Below, in pieces: positions 31,801 to 46,699 of a stretch of 64,000 nucleotides of DNA (position 1 is its first letter; each line of letters opens with the position of its first letter). Location of the stretch: positions 329,592,001 to 329,656,000 of the forward strand of contig OZ024743.1 of the NCBI GenBank assembly GCA_964016885.1, given 5' to 3'. Under the pieces are notes generated by a model that saw nothing but the letters and a program-made list of their open reading frames with translations, had not been told where the DNA came from and searched no databases. Position numbers and translations under genes: made by a program. Source of the stretch: Eledone cirrhosa. Taxonomy: Eukaryota.

Positions 31801-34800
31801 CATCACCCCTATCAACCACAGACGACGTTCTCAACACCATCGCAGACCATCACCCCTATCAACCAGAGACGACGATCTCAACACCATCGCAGACCATTAC
31901 CCCTATCAACCACAGACGACGATCTCAACACCATCGCAGACCATCACACCTATCAACCAGAGACGAGGATCTCAACACCATCGCAGACCATCACACCTAT
32001 CAACCACAGACGACAATCTCAACACCATCGCAGACCAACACCCCTATCAACCAGAGACGACGATCTCAACACCATCGCAGACCATTACCCCTATCAACCA
32101 CAGACGACGATCTCAACACCATCGCAGACCATCACCCCTATCAACCAGAGACGACGATCTCAACACCATCGCAGACCATCACACCTATCAACCACAGCCG
32201 ACGATCTCAACACCATCGCAGACCATCACCACTATCAACCACAGACAACGATCTCAACACCATCGCAGACCATCACCCCTATCAACCAGAGACGACGATC
32301 TCAACACCATCGCAGACCATCACCCCTATCACCCACAGACGAAGTTCTCAACACTATCGCAGACCATCACCCCTATCAACCACAGACGAAGTTCTCAACA
32401 CCATCGCAGACCATCACCCCTATCAACCAGAGACGAGGATCTCAACACCATCGCAGACCATCACCCCTATCAAACACAGACGACGATCTCAACACCATCG
32501 CAGACCATCACCCCTATCAACCACAGACGACGATCTCAATACCATCGTGGACCATCACCCTTATCAACCAGAGACGACGATCTCAACACCATCGCAGACC
32601 ATCACCCCTATCAACCAGAGAAGACGATCTCAACACCATCGCAGACCATCACCCCTATCTTCCACAGACGACTATCTCAACACCATCGCAGACCATCACC
32701 CCTATCAACCACAGACGACGATCTCAACACCATCGCAGACCATCACCCCTATCAACTAGAGACGACGATCTCAACAACATCGCAGACCATCAGCCCTATC
32801 AACCACAGACGACGTTCTCAACACCATCACAGACCATCACCCCTATCAAACACAGACGACTATCTCAACACCATCGCAGAGCATCAGCCCTATCAACCAC
32901 AGACGACGTTCTCAACACCATCACAGACCATCACCCCTATCAACCAGAGACGACGATCTTAACACCATCGCAGATCTTCACCCCTATCAACCACAGACGA
33001 CGATCTCAAGACCATCGTAGACCATCACCCCTATCAACCACAAACGACGATCTCAACCCCATCGCAGACCATCACCCCTATCAACCAGAGACGACGCTCT
33101 CAACACCATCGCAGACCATCAGACATATCAACCACAGACGACGTTCTCAACACCATCGCAGACCATCACACCTATCAACCACAGACGTTGATCTCAACAC
33201 CATCGCAGACAATCACCCCTATCAACCACAGACGACGATCTCAACACCATCGCAGACCAACACCCCTATCAACCAGAGACGACGATCTCAACACCATCGC
33301 AGACCATCACCACTATCCACCTCAGACGACGTTCTCAACACCATCGCAGACCATCACACCTATCAACCACAGACGTTGATCTCAACACCATCGCAGACAA
33401 TCACCCCTATCAACCACAGACGACGATCTCAACACCATCGCAGACCAACACCCCTATCAACCACAGACGACGATCTCAACACCATCGCAGACCATCACCC
33501 CTATCAACCACAGACGACGTTCTCAACACCATCGCAGACCATCACCCCTATCAACCAGAGACGACGATCTCAACACCATCGCAGACCATCACCCCTATCA
33601 ACCAGAGACGAGGATCTCAACACCATCGCAGACCATCACCCCTATCAACCACAGACGACGATCTCAACACCATCGCAGACCATCACCACTATCAACCACA
33701 GACGACGTTCTCAACACCATCGCAGACCATCACCCCTATCAACCAGAGACGACGATCTCAACACCATCGCAGACCATCACCCCTATCAACCAGAGACGAG
33801 GATCTCAACACCATCGCAGACCATCACCCCTATCAACCACAGACGACGATCTCAACACCATCGCAGACCATCACCACTATCAACCACAGACAACGATCTC
33901 AACACCATCGCAGACCATCACCCCTATCAACCAGAGACGACGATCTCAACACCATCGCAGACCATCACCCCTATCACCCACAGACGAAGTTCTCAACACT
34001 ATCGCAGACCATCACCCCTATCAACCACAGACAAAGTTCTCAACACCATCGCAGACCATCACCCCTATCAACCAGAGACGAGGATCTCAACACCATCGCA
34101 GACCATCACCCCTATCAAACACAGACGACGATCTCAACACCATCGCAGACCATCACCCCTATCAACCACATACGACGATCTCAATACCATCGCTGACCAT
34201 CACCCTTATCAACCAGAGACGACGATCTCAACACCATCGCAGACCATCACCCCTATTAACCAGAGACGACGATCTCAACACCATCGCAGACTATCACCCC
34301 TATCAACCACAGACGACTATCTCAACACCATCGCAGACCATCACCCCTATCAACCACAGACGACGATCTCAACACCATCGCAGACCATCACCCCTATTAA
34401 CCATAGACGACTATCTCAACACCATCGCAGACCATCACCCCTATCAACCACAGACGACGATCTCAACACCATCGCAGACCATCACCCCTATCAACCACAG
34501 ACGACGATCTCAACACCATTGCAGACCATCACCCCTATCAACCAGAGACGACGATCTCAACACCATCGCAGACCAACACATCTATCAACCACAGACGACG
34601 ATCTCAACACCATCGCAGACCATCACCCCTATCAACCACAGACGACGTTCTCAACACCATCGCAGACCATCACCCCTATCAACCAGAGACGACGATCTCA
34701 ACACCATCGCAGACCATTACCCCTATCAACCACAGACGACGATCTCAACACCATCGCAGATCATCACCGCTATCAACCAGAGACGAGGATCTCAACACCA

Positions 34801-37069
34801 TCGCAGACCAACACACCTATCAACCAGAGACGAGGATCTCAACACCATCGCAGACCATCACACCTATCAACCACAGACGACAATCTCAACACCATCGCAG
34901 ACCAACACCCCTATCAACCAGAGACGAAGTTCTCAACACCATCGCAGACCATCACCCCTATCAACCAGAGACGAGGATCTCAACACCATCGCAGACCAAC
35001 ACACCTATCAACCAGAGACGAAGTTCTCAACACCATCGCAGACCATCACCCCTATCAACCAGAGACGAGGATCTCAACACCATCGCAGACCAACACCCCT
35101 ATCAACCAGAGACGACGATCTCAACACCATCGCAGACCATTACCCCTATCAACCACAGACGACGATCTCAACACCATCGCAGACCATCACCCCTATCAAC
35201 CAGAGACGACGATCTCAACACCATCGCAGACCATCACACCTATCAACCACAGCCGACGATCTCAACACCATCGCAGACCATCACCACTATCAACCACAGA
35301 CAACGATCTCAACACCATCGCAGACCATCACCCCTATCAACCAGAGACGACGATCTCAACACCATCGCAGACCATCACCCCTATCACCCACAGACGAAGT
35401 TCTCAACACTATCGCAGACCATCACCCCTATCAACCACAGACGAAGTTCTCAACACCATCGCAGACCATCACCCCTATCAACCAGAGACGAGGATCTCAA
35501 CACCATCGCAGACCATCACCCCTATCAAACACAGACGACGATCTCAACACCATCGCAGACCATCACCCCTATCAACCACAGACGACGATCTCAATACCAT
35601 CGCTGACCGTCACCCTTATCAACCAGAGACGACGATCTCAACACCATCGCAGACCATCACCCCTATCAACCAGAGACGACGATCTCAACACCATCGCAGA
35701 CCATCACCCCTATCATCCACAGACGACAATCTCAACACCATCGTAGACCATCACCACTATCAACCAGAGACGACGATCTCAACACCATCGCAGAGCATCA
35801 GCCCTATCAAACACAGACGACGTTCTCAACACCATCACAGACCATCACCCCTATCAAACACAGACGACGATCTCAACACCATCGCAGACCATCACCCCTA
35901 TCAACCAGAGACGACGATCTTAACACCATCGCAGATCTTCACCCCTATCAACCACAGACGACGATCTCAAAACCATCGTAGACCATCACCCCTATCAACC
36001 ACAAACGACGATCTCAACCCCATCGCAGACCATCACCCCTATCAACCACAGACGTTGATCTGAACACCATCGCAGACAATCCCCCCTATCAACCAGAGAC
36101 GACGTTCTCAACACCACCGCAGACCATCAGACCTATCAACCACAGACGACGTTCTCAACACCATCGCAGACCATCACACCTATCAACCACAGACGTTGAT
36201 CTCAACACCATCGCAGACCATCACCCCTATCAACCAGAGACGACGATCTCAACACCATCGCAGACCATCACACCTATCAACCAGAGACGAGGATCTCAAC
36301 ACCATCGCAGACCATCACCCCTATCAACCACAGACGACGCTCTCAACACCATCGCAGACCATCACCACTATCAACCACAGACGACGTTCTCAACACCATC
36401 GCAGACCATCACCCCTATCAACCAGAGACGACGATCTCAACACCATCGCAGACCATCACCCCTATCAACCAGAGACGAGGATCTCAACACCATCGCAGAC
36501 CATCACCCCTATCAACCACAGACGACGATCTCAACACCATCGCAGACCATCACCACTATCAACCACAGACAACGATCTCAACACCATCGCAGACCATCAC
36601 CCCTATCAACCAGAGACGACGATCTCAACACCATCGCAGACCATCACCCCTATCACCCACAGACGAAGTTCTCAACACTATCGCAGACCATCACCCCTAT
36701 CAACCACAGACGAAGTTCTCAACACCATCGCAGACCATCACCCCTATCAACCAGAGACGAGGATCTCAACACCATCGCAGACCATCACCCCTATCAAACA
36801 CAGACGACCATCTCAACACCATCGCAGACCATCACCCCTATCAACCACAGACGACGATCTCAATACCATCGCTGACCATCACCCTTATCAACCAGAGACG
36901 ACGATCTCAACACCATCGCAGACCATCACCCCTATCAACCAGAGACGACGATCTCAACAACATCGCAGACTATCACCCCTATCAACCACAGACGACGATC
37001 TCAACACCATCGCAGACCATCACCCCTATCAACCACAGACGACTATCTCAACACCATCGCAGACCATCA

Positions 37070-40000
37070 CCACTGTCAACCAGAGACGACGATCTCAACA
37101 CCATCGCAGACCATCACCGCTATCAACCACAGACGACGATCTCAACACACTCGCAGACCATAACCCCTGTCAACTAGAGACGACGATCTCAACACCATCG
37201 CAGACCATCACCCCTATAAACTAGAGACGACGATCTCAACACCATCGCAGACCATCACCCCTATCAATAAGAGACGAAAGTTCTCAACACCATCGCAGAC
37301 CATCACCCCTATCAACCACAGACGGCGTTCTCAACACTATCGCAGACCATCACCCCTATCAATAAGAGACGAAAGTTCTCAACACCATCGCAGACCATTA
37401 CCCCTATCAACCACAGACGACGATCTAAACACCATCACAGACCATCACCCCTATCAACCACAGACGACGTTCTCAACACCATCACAGACCATCACCCCTA
37501 TCAAACACAGACGACGATCTCAACACCATCGCAGACCATCAGCCCTATCAAACACAGACGACGTTCTCAACATCATCACAGACCATCACCCCTATCAAAC
37601 ACAGACGACGATCTTAACAGCATCGCAGATCTTCACCCCTATCAACCACAGACGACTATCTCAACACCATCGCAGACAATCACCCCTATCAAACAGAGAC
37701 GACGATCTTAACCCCATCGCAGACCATCACACCTATCAACCACAGACAACGATCTCAACACCATCGCAGACTATCACCACTATCAATCACAGACGACGTT
37801 CTCAACACCATCGCAGACCATCACCCCTATCAACCACAGACGACGTTCTCAACACCATCGCAGACCATCACCCCTATCAACCACAGACGACGTTCTCAAC
37901 ACCATCGCAGACCATCACCCCTATCAACCACAGACGACGTTCTCAACACCATCGCAGACCATCACCCCTATCAATCACAAACGACGTTCTCAACACCATC
38001 GCAGACAATCACCCCTATCAACCAGAGACGACGATCTCAAAACCATCGCAGACCATCATCCCTATCAACCCGAGACGACGTTCTCAACACCATCGCAGAC
38101 TATCACCACTATCAATCACAGACGACGTTCTCAACACCATCGCAGAGCATCACCCCTATCAACCACAGACGACGTTCTCAACACCATCGCAGACCATCAC
38201 CCCTATCAACCACAGACGACGTTCTCAACACCATCGCAGACCATCACCCCTATCAACCACAGGCGACATTCCCAACACCATCGCAGACCATCACCACTAT
38301 CAACCACAGACAACGTTCTCAACACCATCGCAGACAATCACCCCTATCAACCACAGACGACGATCTCAACACCATCGCAGACAATCACCCCTATGAAACT
38401 CAGACGACAATCTCAACACCATCGCAGACCATCACCCCTATCAACCAGAGACGACGATCTCAACACCAACGCAGAACATCACCCCTACAACCACAGACGA
38501 CGTTCTCAACACCATCGCCGACCATCACCCATATCAACCAGAGACGACGTTCTCAACACCATCGCAGACCATCACCCCTATCAACCAGAGACGACGTTCT
38601 CAACACCATCGCAGACCATCACCCCTATCAACCACAGACGACATTCTCAACACCATCGCAGACCATCACCACTATCAATCACAGACGACGTTCTCAACAC
38701 CACCGCAGACAATCACCCCTATCAACCAGAGACGACGATCTCAAAACCATCGCAGACCATCATCCCTATCAACCACAGACGACGTTCTCAACACCATCGC
38801 AGTCCATCACCCCTATCAACCACAGACGTTGATCTCAACACCATCGCAGACAATCACCCCTATCAACCACAGACGACGTTCTCAACACCATCGCAGACCA
38901 TCACCCATTTCAACCACAGACGACGTTCTCAACACCATCGCAGACCATCACCCCTATCAACCACAGACGACGTTTTAAACACCATCACAGACCATCATCC
39001 CTATCAACCACGGACGACAATCTCAACACCATCGCAGACCATCACCCCTATCAACCACAGACGACGATCTCAAAACCATCGCAGTACATCACCCCTATCA
39101 ACCACAGACGACGATCTCAACACCATCGCAGACCCTCACCCCTATCAATCACAGACGACGATCTCAACACTATCGCAGAACATCACCCCTACAACCACAG
39201 ACGACGTTCTCAACACCATCGCAGACCATCACCCCTATCAACCGAGACGACGATCTCAACACCGTCGCAGACCATCACCCCTATCAACCAGAGACGACGT
39301 TCTCAACACCATCGCAGACCATCACCCCTATCAACCAGAGACGACGATCTCAACACCGTCGCAGACCATCACCCCTATCAACCAGAGACGAGGATCTCAA
39401 CACCATCGCAGACCATCACCCCTATCAACCACAGACGACGTTCTCAACACCATCGCAGATCATCACCACTATCAATCACAGACGACGTTCTCAACACCAT
39501 CGCAGACAATCACCCCTATCAACAAGAGACGACGATCTCAACACCATCGCAGACCATCGCCCCTATCAACAAGAGACGACGATCTCAACACCATCGCAGA
39601 CCATCACCCCTATCAACCACAGACGACGATCTCAACACCATCGCAGAGCATCACCCCTATCAACCACAGACGTTGATCTCAACACCATCGCAGACAATCA
39701 CCCCTATCAACCACAGACGACGTTCTCAACACCATCGCAGACCATCACCCCTATCAACCACAGACGACGATCTCAACACCATCGCAGAGCATCACCCCTA
39801 TCAACCACAGACGTTGATCTCAACACCATCGCAGACAATCACCCCTATCAACCACAGACGACGTTCTCAACACCATCGCAGACCATCACCCCTATCAACC
39901 ACAGACGACGATCTAAACACCATCGCAGACCATCACCCCTATCAATCGCAGACGACGATCTCAACACCATCGCAGACCATTACCCCTATCAACCAGAGAC

Positions 40001-40190
40001 GACGTTTTAAACACCATCACAGACCACACCCCTATCAACCACGGACGACAATCTCAACACCATCGCAGACCATCACCCATATCAACCACAGACGACGATC
40101 TCAACACCATCGCAGAGCATCACCCCTATCAACCACAGACGTTGATCTCAACACCATCGCAGACAATCACCCCTATCAACCACAGACGAC
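37070..40190. repeat. Divergent, indel-containing segment of the same 47-bp satellite
   Basis: 48-bp monomers start at 37272 and 37367. 46-bp monomers end before 38495, 39199, 39245 and 40043. Many private substitutions occur (CTATGAAACTCAG, AGGCGACATTCCC, GCAGTACATC) along with runs of the GACGTT variant. Confidence 0.9.
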
Positions 40191-43100
40191 TATCTCAACA
40201 CCATCGCAGACCATCACCCCTATCAACCACAGACGACGATCTCAACACCATCGCAGACCATCACCCCTATCAACCACAGACGACGATCTCAACACCATCG
40301 CAGACCATCACCCCTATCAACCACAGACGACGATCTAAACACCATTGCAGACCATCACCCCTATCAACCAGAGACGACGATCTCAACACCATCGCAGACC
40401 AACACATCTATCAACCACAGACGACGATCTCAACACCATCGCAGACCATCACCCCTATCAACCACAGACGACGTTCTCAACACCATCGCCGACCATCACC
40501 CCTATCAACCACAGACGACGATCTCAACACCATTGCAGACCATCACCCCTATCAACCAGAGACGACGATCTCAACACCATCGCAGACCAACACATCTATC
40601 AACCACAGACGACGATCTCAACGCCATCGCAGACCATCACCCCTATCAACCACAGACGACGATCTCAACACCATCGCAGAACATCACCCCTATCAACCAC
40701 AGACGACTATCTCAATACCATCGCAGACCATTACCACTATCAACCACAGACGACGACCTCAACACCATCGCAGACCATCACCCCTATCAACCACAGACGA
40801 CTATCTCAACACCATCGCAGACCATCACCCCTATCAACCACAGACGACGATCTCAACATCATCGCAGACCATCACCCCTATCAACCACAGACGACGATCT
40901 CAACACCATTGCAGACCATCACCCCTATCAACCACAGACGACGATCTCAACACCATTGCAGACCATCACCCCTATCAACCAGAGACGACGATCTCAACAC
41001 CATCGCAGACCAACACATCTCTCGACCACAGACGACTATCTCAACACCATCGCAGACCATCACCCCTATCAACCACAGACGACGTTCTCAACACCATCGC
41101 AGACCATCACCCCTATCAACCAGAGACGACTATCTCAACACCATCGAAGACCATCACCCCTATCAACCAGAGACGAGGATCTCAACACCATCGCAGATCA
41201 TCACCCCTATCAACCACAGACGACTATCTCAACACCATCGCAGACCATTACCCCTATCAACCACAGACGACGATCTCAACACCATCGCAGATCATCACCG
41301 CTATCAACCAGAGACGACGATCTAAACACCATCGCAGACCATCACACCTATCAACCACAGCCGACGATCTCAACACCATCGCAGACCATCACCACTATCA
41401 ACCACAGACAACGATCTCAACACCATCGCAGACCGTCACCCCTATCAACCAGAGACGACGATCTCAACACCATCGCAAACCATCACCCCTATCACCCACA
41501 GACGAAGTTCTCAACACTATCGCAGACCATCACCCCTATCAATCACAGACGAAGTTCTCAACACCATCGCAGACCATCACCCCTATCAACCAGAGACGAG
41601 GATCTCAACACCATCGCAGACCATCACCCCTATCAAACACAGACGACGATCTCAACACCATCGCAGACCATCACCCCTATCAACCACAGACGACGATCTC
41701 AACACCATCGCAGACCATCACCCCTATCAACCACAGACGACTATCTCAATACCATCGCAGACCATTACCACTATCAACCACAGACGACGACCTCAACACC
41801 ATCGCAGACCATCACCCCTATCAACCACAGACGACTATCTCAACACCATCGCAGACCATCACCCCTATCAACCACAGACGACGATCTCAACATCATCGCA
41901 GACCATCACCCCTATCAACCACAGACGACGATCTCAACACCATCGCAGACCATCACCCCTATCAACCACAGACGACGATCTCAACACCATTGCAGACCAT
42001 CACCCCTATCAACCAGAGACGACGATCTCAACACCATCGCAGACCAACACATCTATCAACCACAGACGACGATCTCAACACCATCGCAGACCATCACTTC
42101 TATCAACCACAGACGACGATCTCAACACCATCGCAGAACATCACCCCTATCAACCACAGACGACTATCTCAATACCATCGCAGACCATTACCCCTATCAA
42201 CCACAGACGACGATCTCAACACCATCGCAGACCATCACCCCTATCAACCACAGACGACTATCTCAACACCATCGCAGACCATCACCCCTATCAACCACAG
42301 ACGACGATCTCAACACCATCGCAGACCATCACCCCTATCAACCACAGACGACGATCTCAACACCATCGCAGACCATCACCCCTATCAACCACAGACGACG
42401 ATCTCAACACCATTGCAGACCATCACCCTTATCAACCAGAGACGACGATCTCAACACCATCGCAGACCAACACATCTATCAACCACAGATGACTATCTCA
42501 ACACCATCGCAGACCATCACCCCTATCAACCACAGACGACGTTCTCAACACCATCGCAGACCATCACCCCTATCAACCAGAGACGACTATCTCAACACCA
42601 TCGAAGACCATCATCCCTATCAACCAGAGACGAGGATCTCAACACCATCGCAGATCATCACCCCTATCAACCACAGACGACTATCTCAACACCATCGCAG
42701 ACCATTACCCCTATCAACCACAGACGACGATCTCAACACCATCGCAGATCATCACCGCTATCAACCAGAGACAACGTTCTCAACACCATCGCAGACCAAC
42801 ACCCCTATCAACCAGAGACGACGATCTCAACACCATCGCAGACCATTACACCTATCAACCACAGACAAAGATCTCAACACCATCGCAGACCATCACCCCT
42901 ATCAACCAGAGACGACGATCTCAACACCATCGCAGACCATCACACCTATCAACCACAGCCGACGATCTCAACACCATCGCAGACCATCACCACTATCAAC
43001 CACAGACAACGATCTCAACACCATCGCAGACCGTCACCCCTATCAACCAGAGACGACGATCTCAACACCATCGCAAACCATCACCCCTATCACCCACAGA

Positions 43101-46100
43101 CGAAGTTCTCAACACTATCGCAGACCATCACCCCTATCAACCACAGACGAAGTTCTCAACACCATCGCAGACCATCACCCCTATCAACCAGAGACGAGGA
43201 TCTCAACACCATCGCAGACCATCACCCCTATCAAACACAGACGACGATCTCAACACCATCGCAGACCATCACCCCTATCAACCACAGACGACAATCTCAA
43301 CACCATCGCAGACCATCACCCCTATCAACCACAGACGACTATCTCAATACCATCGCAGACCATTACCCCTATCAACCACAGACGACGAGCTCAACACCAT
43401 CGCAGACCATGACCCCTATCAACCACAGACGACGATATCAACATCATCGCAGACCATCACCCCTATCAACCACAGACGACGATCTCAACACCATCGCAGA
43501 CCATCACCCCTATCAACCACAGACGACGATCTCAACACCATTGCAGACCATCACCCCTATCAACCAGAGACGACGATCTCAACACCATCGCAGACCAACA
43601 CATCTATCAACCACAGACGACGATCTCAACACCATCGCAGACCATCACCCCTATCAACCACAGACGACGTTCTCAACACCATCGCAGACCATCACCCCTA
43701 TCAACCAGAGACGACTATCTCAACACCATCGAAGACCATCACCCCTATCAACCAGAGACGAGGATCTCAACACCATCGCAGATCATCACCCCTATCAACC
43801 ACAGACGACTATCTCAACACCATCGCAGACCATTACCCCTATCAACCACAGACGAGGATCTCAACACCATCGCAGACCATCACACCTATCAACCACAGAC
43901 GACAATCTCAACACCATCGCAGACCAACACCCCTATCAACCAGAGACGACGATCTCAACACCATCGCAGACCATTACCCCTATCAACCACAGACGACGAT
44001 CTCAACACCATCGCAGATCATCACCGCTATCAACCAGAGACAACGTTCTCAACACCATCGCAGACCAACACACATATCAACCAGAGACGAGGATCTCAAC
44101 ACCATCGCAGACCATCACACCTATCAACCACAGACGACAATCTCAACACCATCGCAGACCATTACCCCTATCAACCACAGACGACGATCTCAACACCATC
44201 GCAGACCATCACCCCTATCAACCAGAGACGACGATCTCAACACCATCGCAGACCATCACACCTATCAACCACAGCCGACGATCTCAACACCATCGCAGAC
44301 CATCACCACTATCAACCACAGACGACGATCTCAACACCATCGCAGACCATCACCCCTATCACCCACAGACGAAGTTCTCAACACTATCGCAGACCATCAC
44401 CCCTATCAACCACAGACGAAGTTCTCAACACCATCGCAGACCATCACCCCTATCAACCAGAGACGAGGATCTCAACACCATCGCAGACCATCACCCCTAT
44501 CAAACACAGACGACGATCTCAACACCATCGCAGACCATCACCCCTATCAACCACAGACGACGATCTCAATACCATCGCTGACCATCACCCTTATCAACCA
44601 GAGACGACGATCTCAACACCATCGCAGACCATCACCCCTATCAACCAGAGACGACGATCTCAACACCATCGCAGACCATCACCCCTATCATCCACAGACG
44701 ACTATCTCAACACCATCGTAGACCATCACCCCTATCAACCAGAGACGACGATCTCAACACCATCGGAGACCATCACCCCTATCAACCACAGACGACGATC
44801 TCAACACCATCGCAGACCATCACCCCTATCAACTAGAGTCGACGATCTCAACACCATCACAGACCATCACCCCTATCAAACACAGACGACTATCTCAACA
44901 CCATCGCAGACCATCAGCCCTATCAACCACAGACGACGTTCTCAACACCATCACAGACCATCACCCCTATCAAACACAGACGACGATCTCAACACCATCG
45001 CAGACCATCACCCCTATCAACCAGAGACGACGATCTCAACACCATTGCAGACCATCACCCCTATCAAACAGAGACGACGATCTCAACACCATCGCAGACC
45101 AACACATCTATCAACCACAGACGACGATCTCAACACCATCGCAGACCATCACCCCTATCAACCACAGACGACGATCTCAACACCATCGCAGATCATCACC
45201 CCTATCAACCACAGACGACTATCTCAATACCATCGCAGACCATTAACCCTATCAACCACAGACGACGATCTCAACACCATCGCAGACCATCACCCCTATC
45301 AACCACAGACGACTATCTCAACACCATCGCAGACCATCACCCCTATCAACCACAGACGACGATCTCAACACCATCGCAGACCATCACCCCTATCAACCAC
45401 AGACGACGATCTCAACACCATCGCAGACCATCACCCCTATCAACCACAGACGACGATCTCAACACCATTGCAGACCATCACCCCTATCAACCAGAGACGA
45501 CGATCTCAACACCATCGCAGACCAACACATCTATCAACCACAGACGACGATCTCAACACCATCGCAGACCATCACCCCTATCAACCACAGACGACGTTCT
45601 CAACACCATCGCAGACCATCACCCCTATCAACCAGAGACGACTATCTCAACACCATCGAAGACCATCACCCCTATCAACCAGAGACGAGGATCTCAACAC
45701 CATCGCAGATCATCACCCCTATCAACCACAGTCGACTATCTCAACACCATCGCAGACCATTACCCCTATCAACCACAGACGTGGATCTCAACACCATCGC
45801 AGACCATCACACCTATCAACCACAGACGACAATCTCAACACCATCGCAGACCAACACCCCTATCAACCAGAGACGACGATCTCAACACCATCGCAGACCA
45901 TTACCCCTATCAACCACAGACGACGATCTCAACACCATCGCAGACCATCACCCCTATCAACCAGAGACAACGTTCTCAACACCATCGCAGACCAACACAC
46001 ATATCAACCAGAGACGAGGATCTCAACACCATCGCAGACCATCACACCTATCAACCACAGACGACAATCTCAACACCATCGCAGACCATTACCCCTATCA

Positions 46101-46699
46101 ACCACAGACGACGATCTCAACACCATCGCAGACCATCACCCCTATCAACCAGAGACGACGATCTCAACACCATCGCAGACCATCACACCTATCAACCACA
46201 GACGACGATCTCAACACCATCGCAGACCATCACCCCTATCACCCACAGACGAAGTTCTCAACACTATCGCAGACCATCACCCCTATCAACCAGAGACGAG
46301 GATCTCAACACCATCGCAGACCATCACCCCTATCAAACACAGACGACGATCTCAACACCATCGCAGACCATCACCCCTATCAACCACAGACGACGATCTC
46401 AATACCATCGCTGACCATCACCCTTATCAACCAGAGACGACGATCTCAACACCATCGCAGACCATCACCCCTATCAACCAGAGACGACGATCTCAACACC
46501 ATCGCAGACCATCACCCCTATCATCCACAGACGACTATCTCAACACCATCGTAGACCATCACCACTATCAACCAGAGACGACGATCTCAACACCATCGGA
46601 GACCATCACCCCTATCAACCACAGACGACGATCTCAACACCATCGCAGACCATCACCCCTATCAACTAGAGACGACGATCTCAACACCATCGCAGACCA

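Noticed and set aside
37070-40190. Transposon insertion or inversion in the divergent zone
   Set aside because: All of it still aligns to the 47-bp monomer in the same orientation, with no foreign sequence or terminal repeats.
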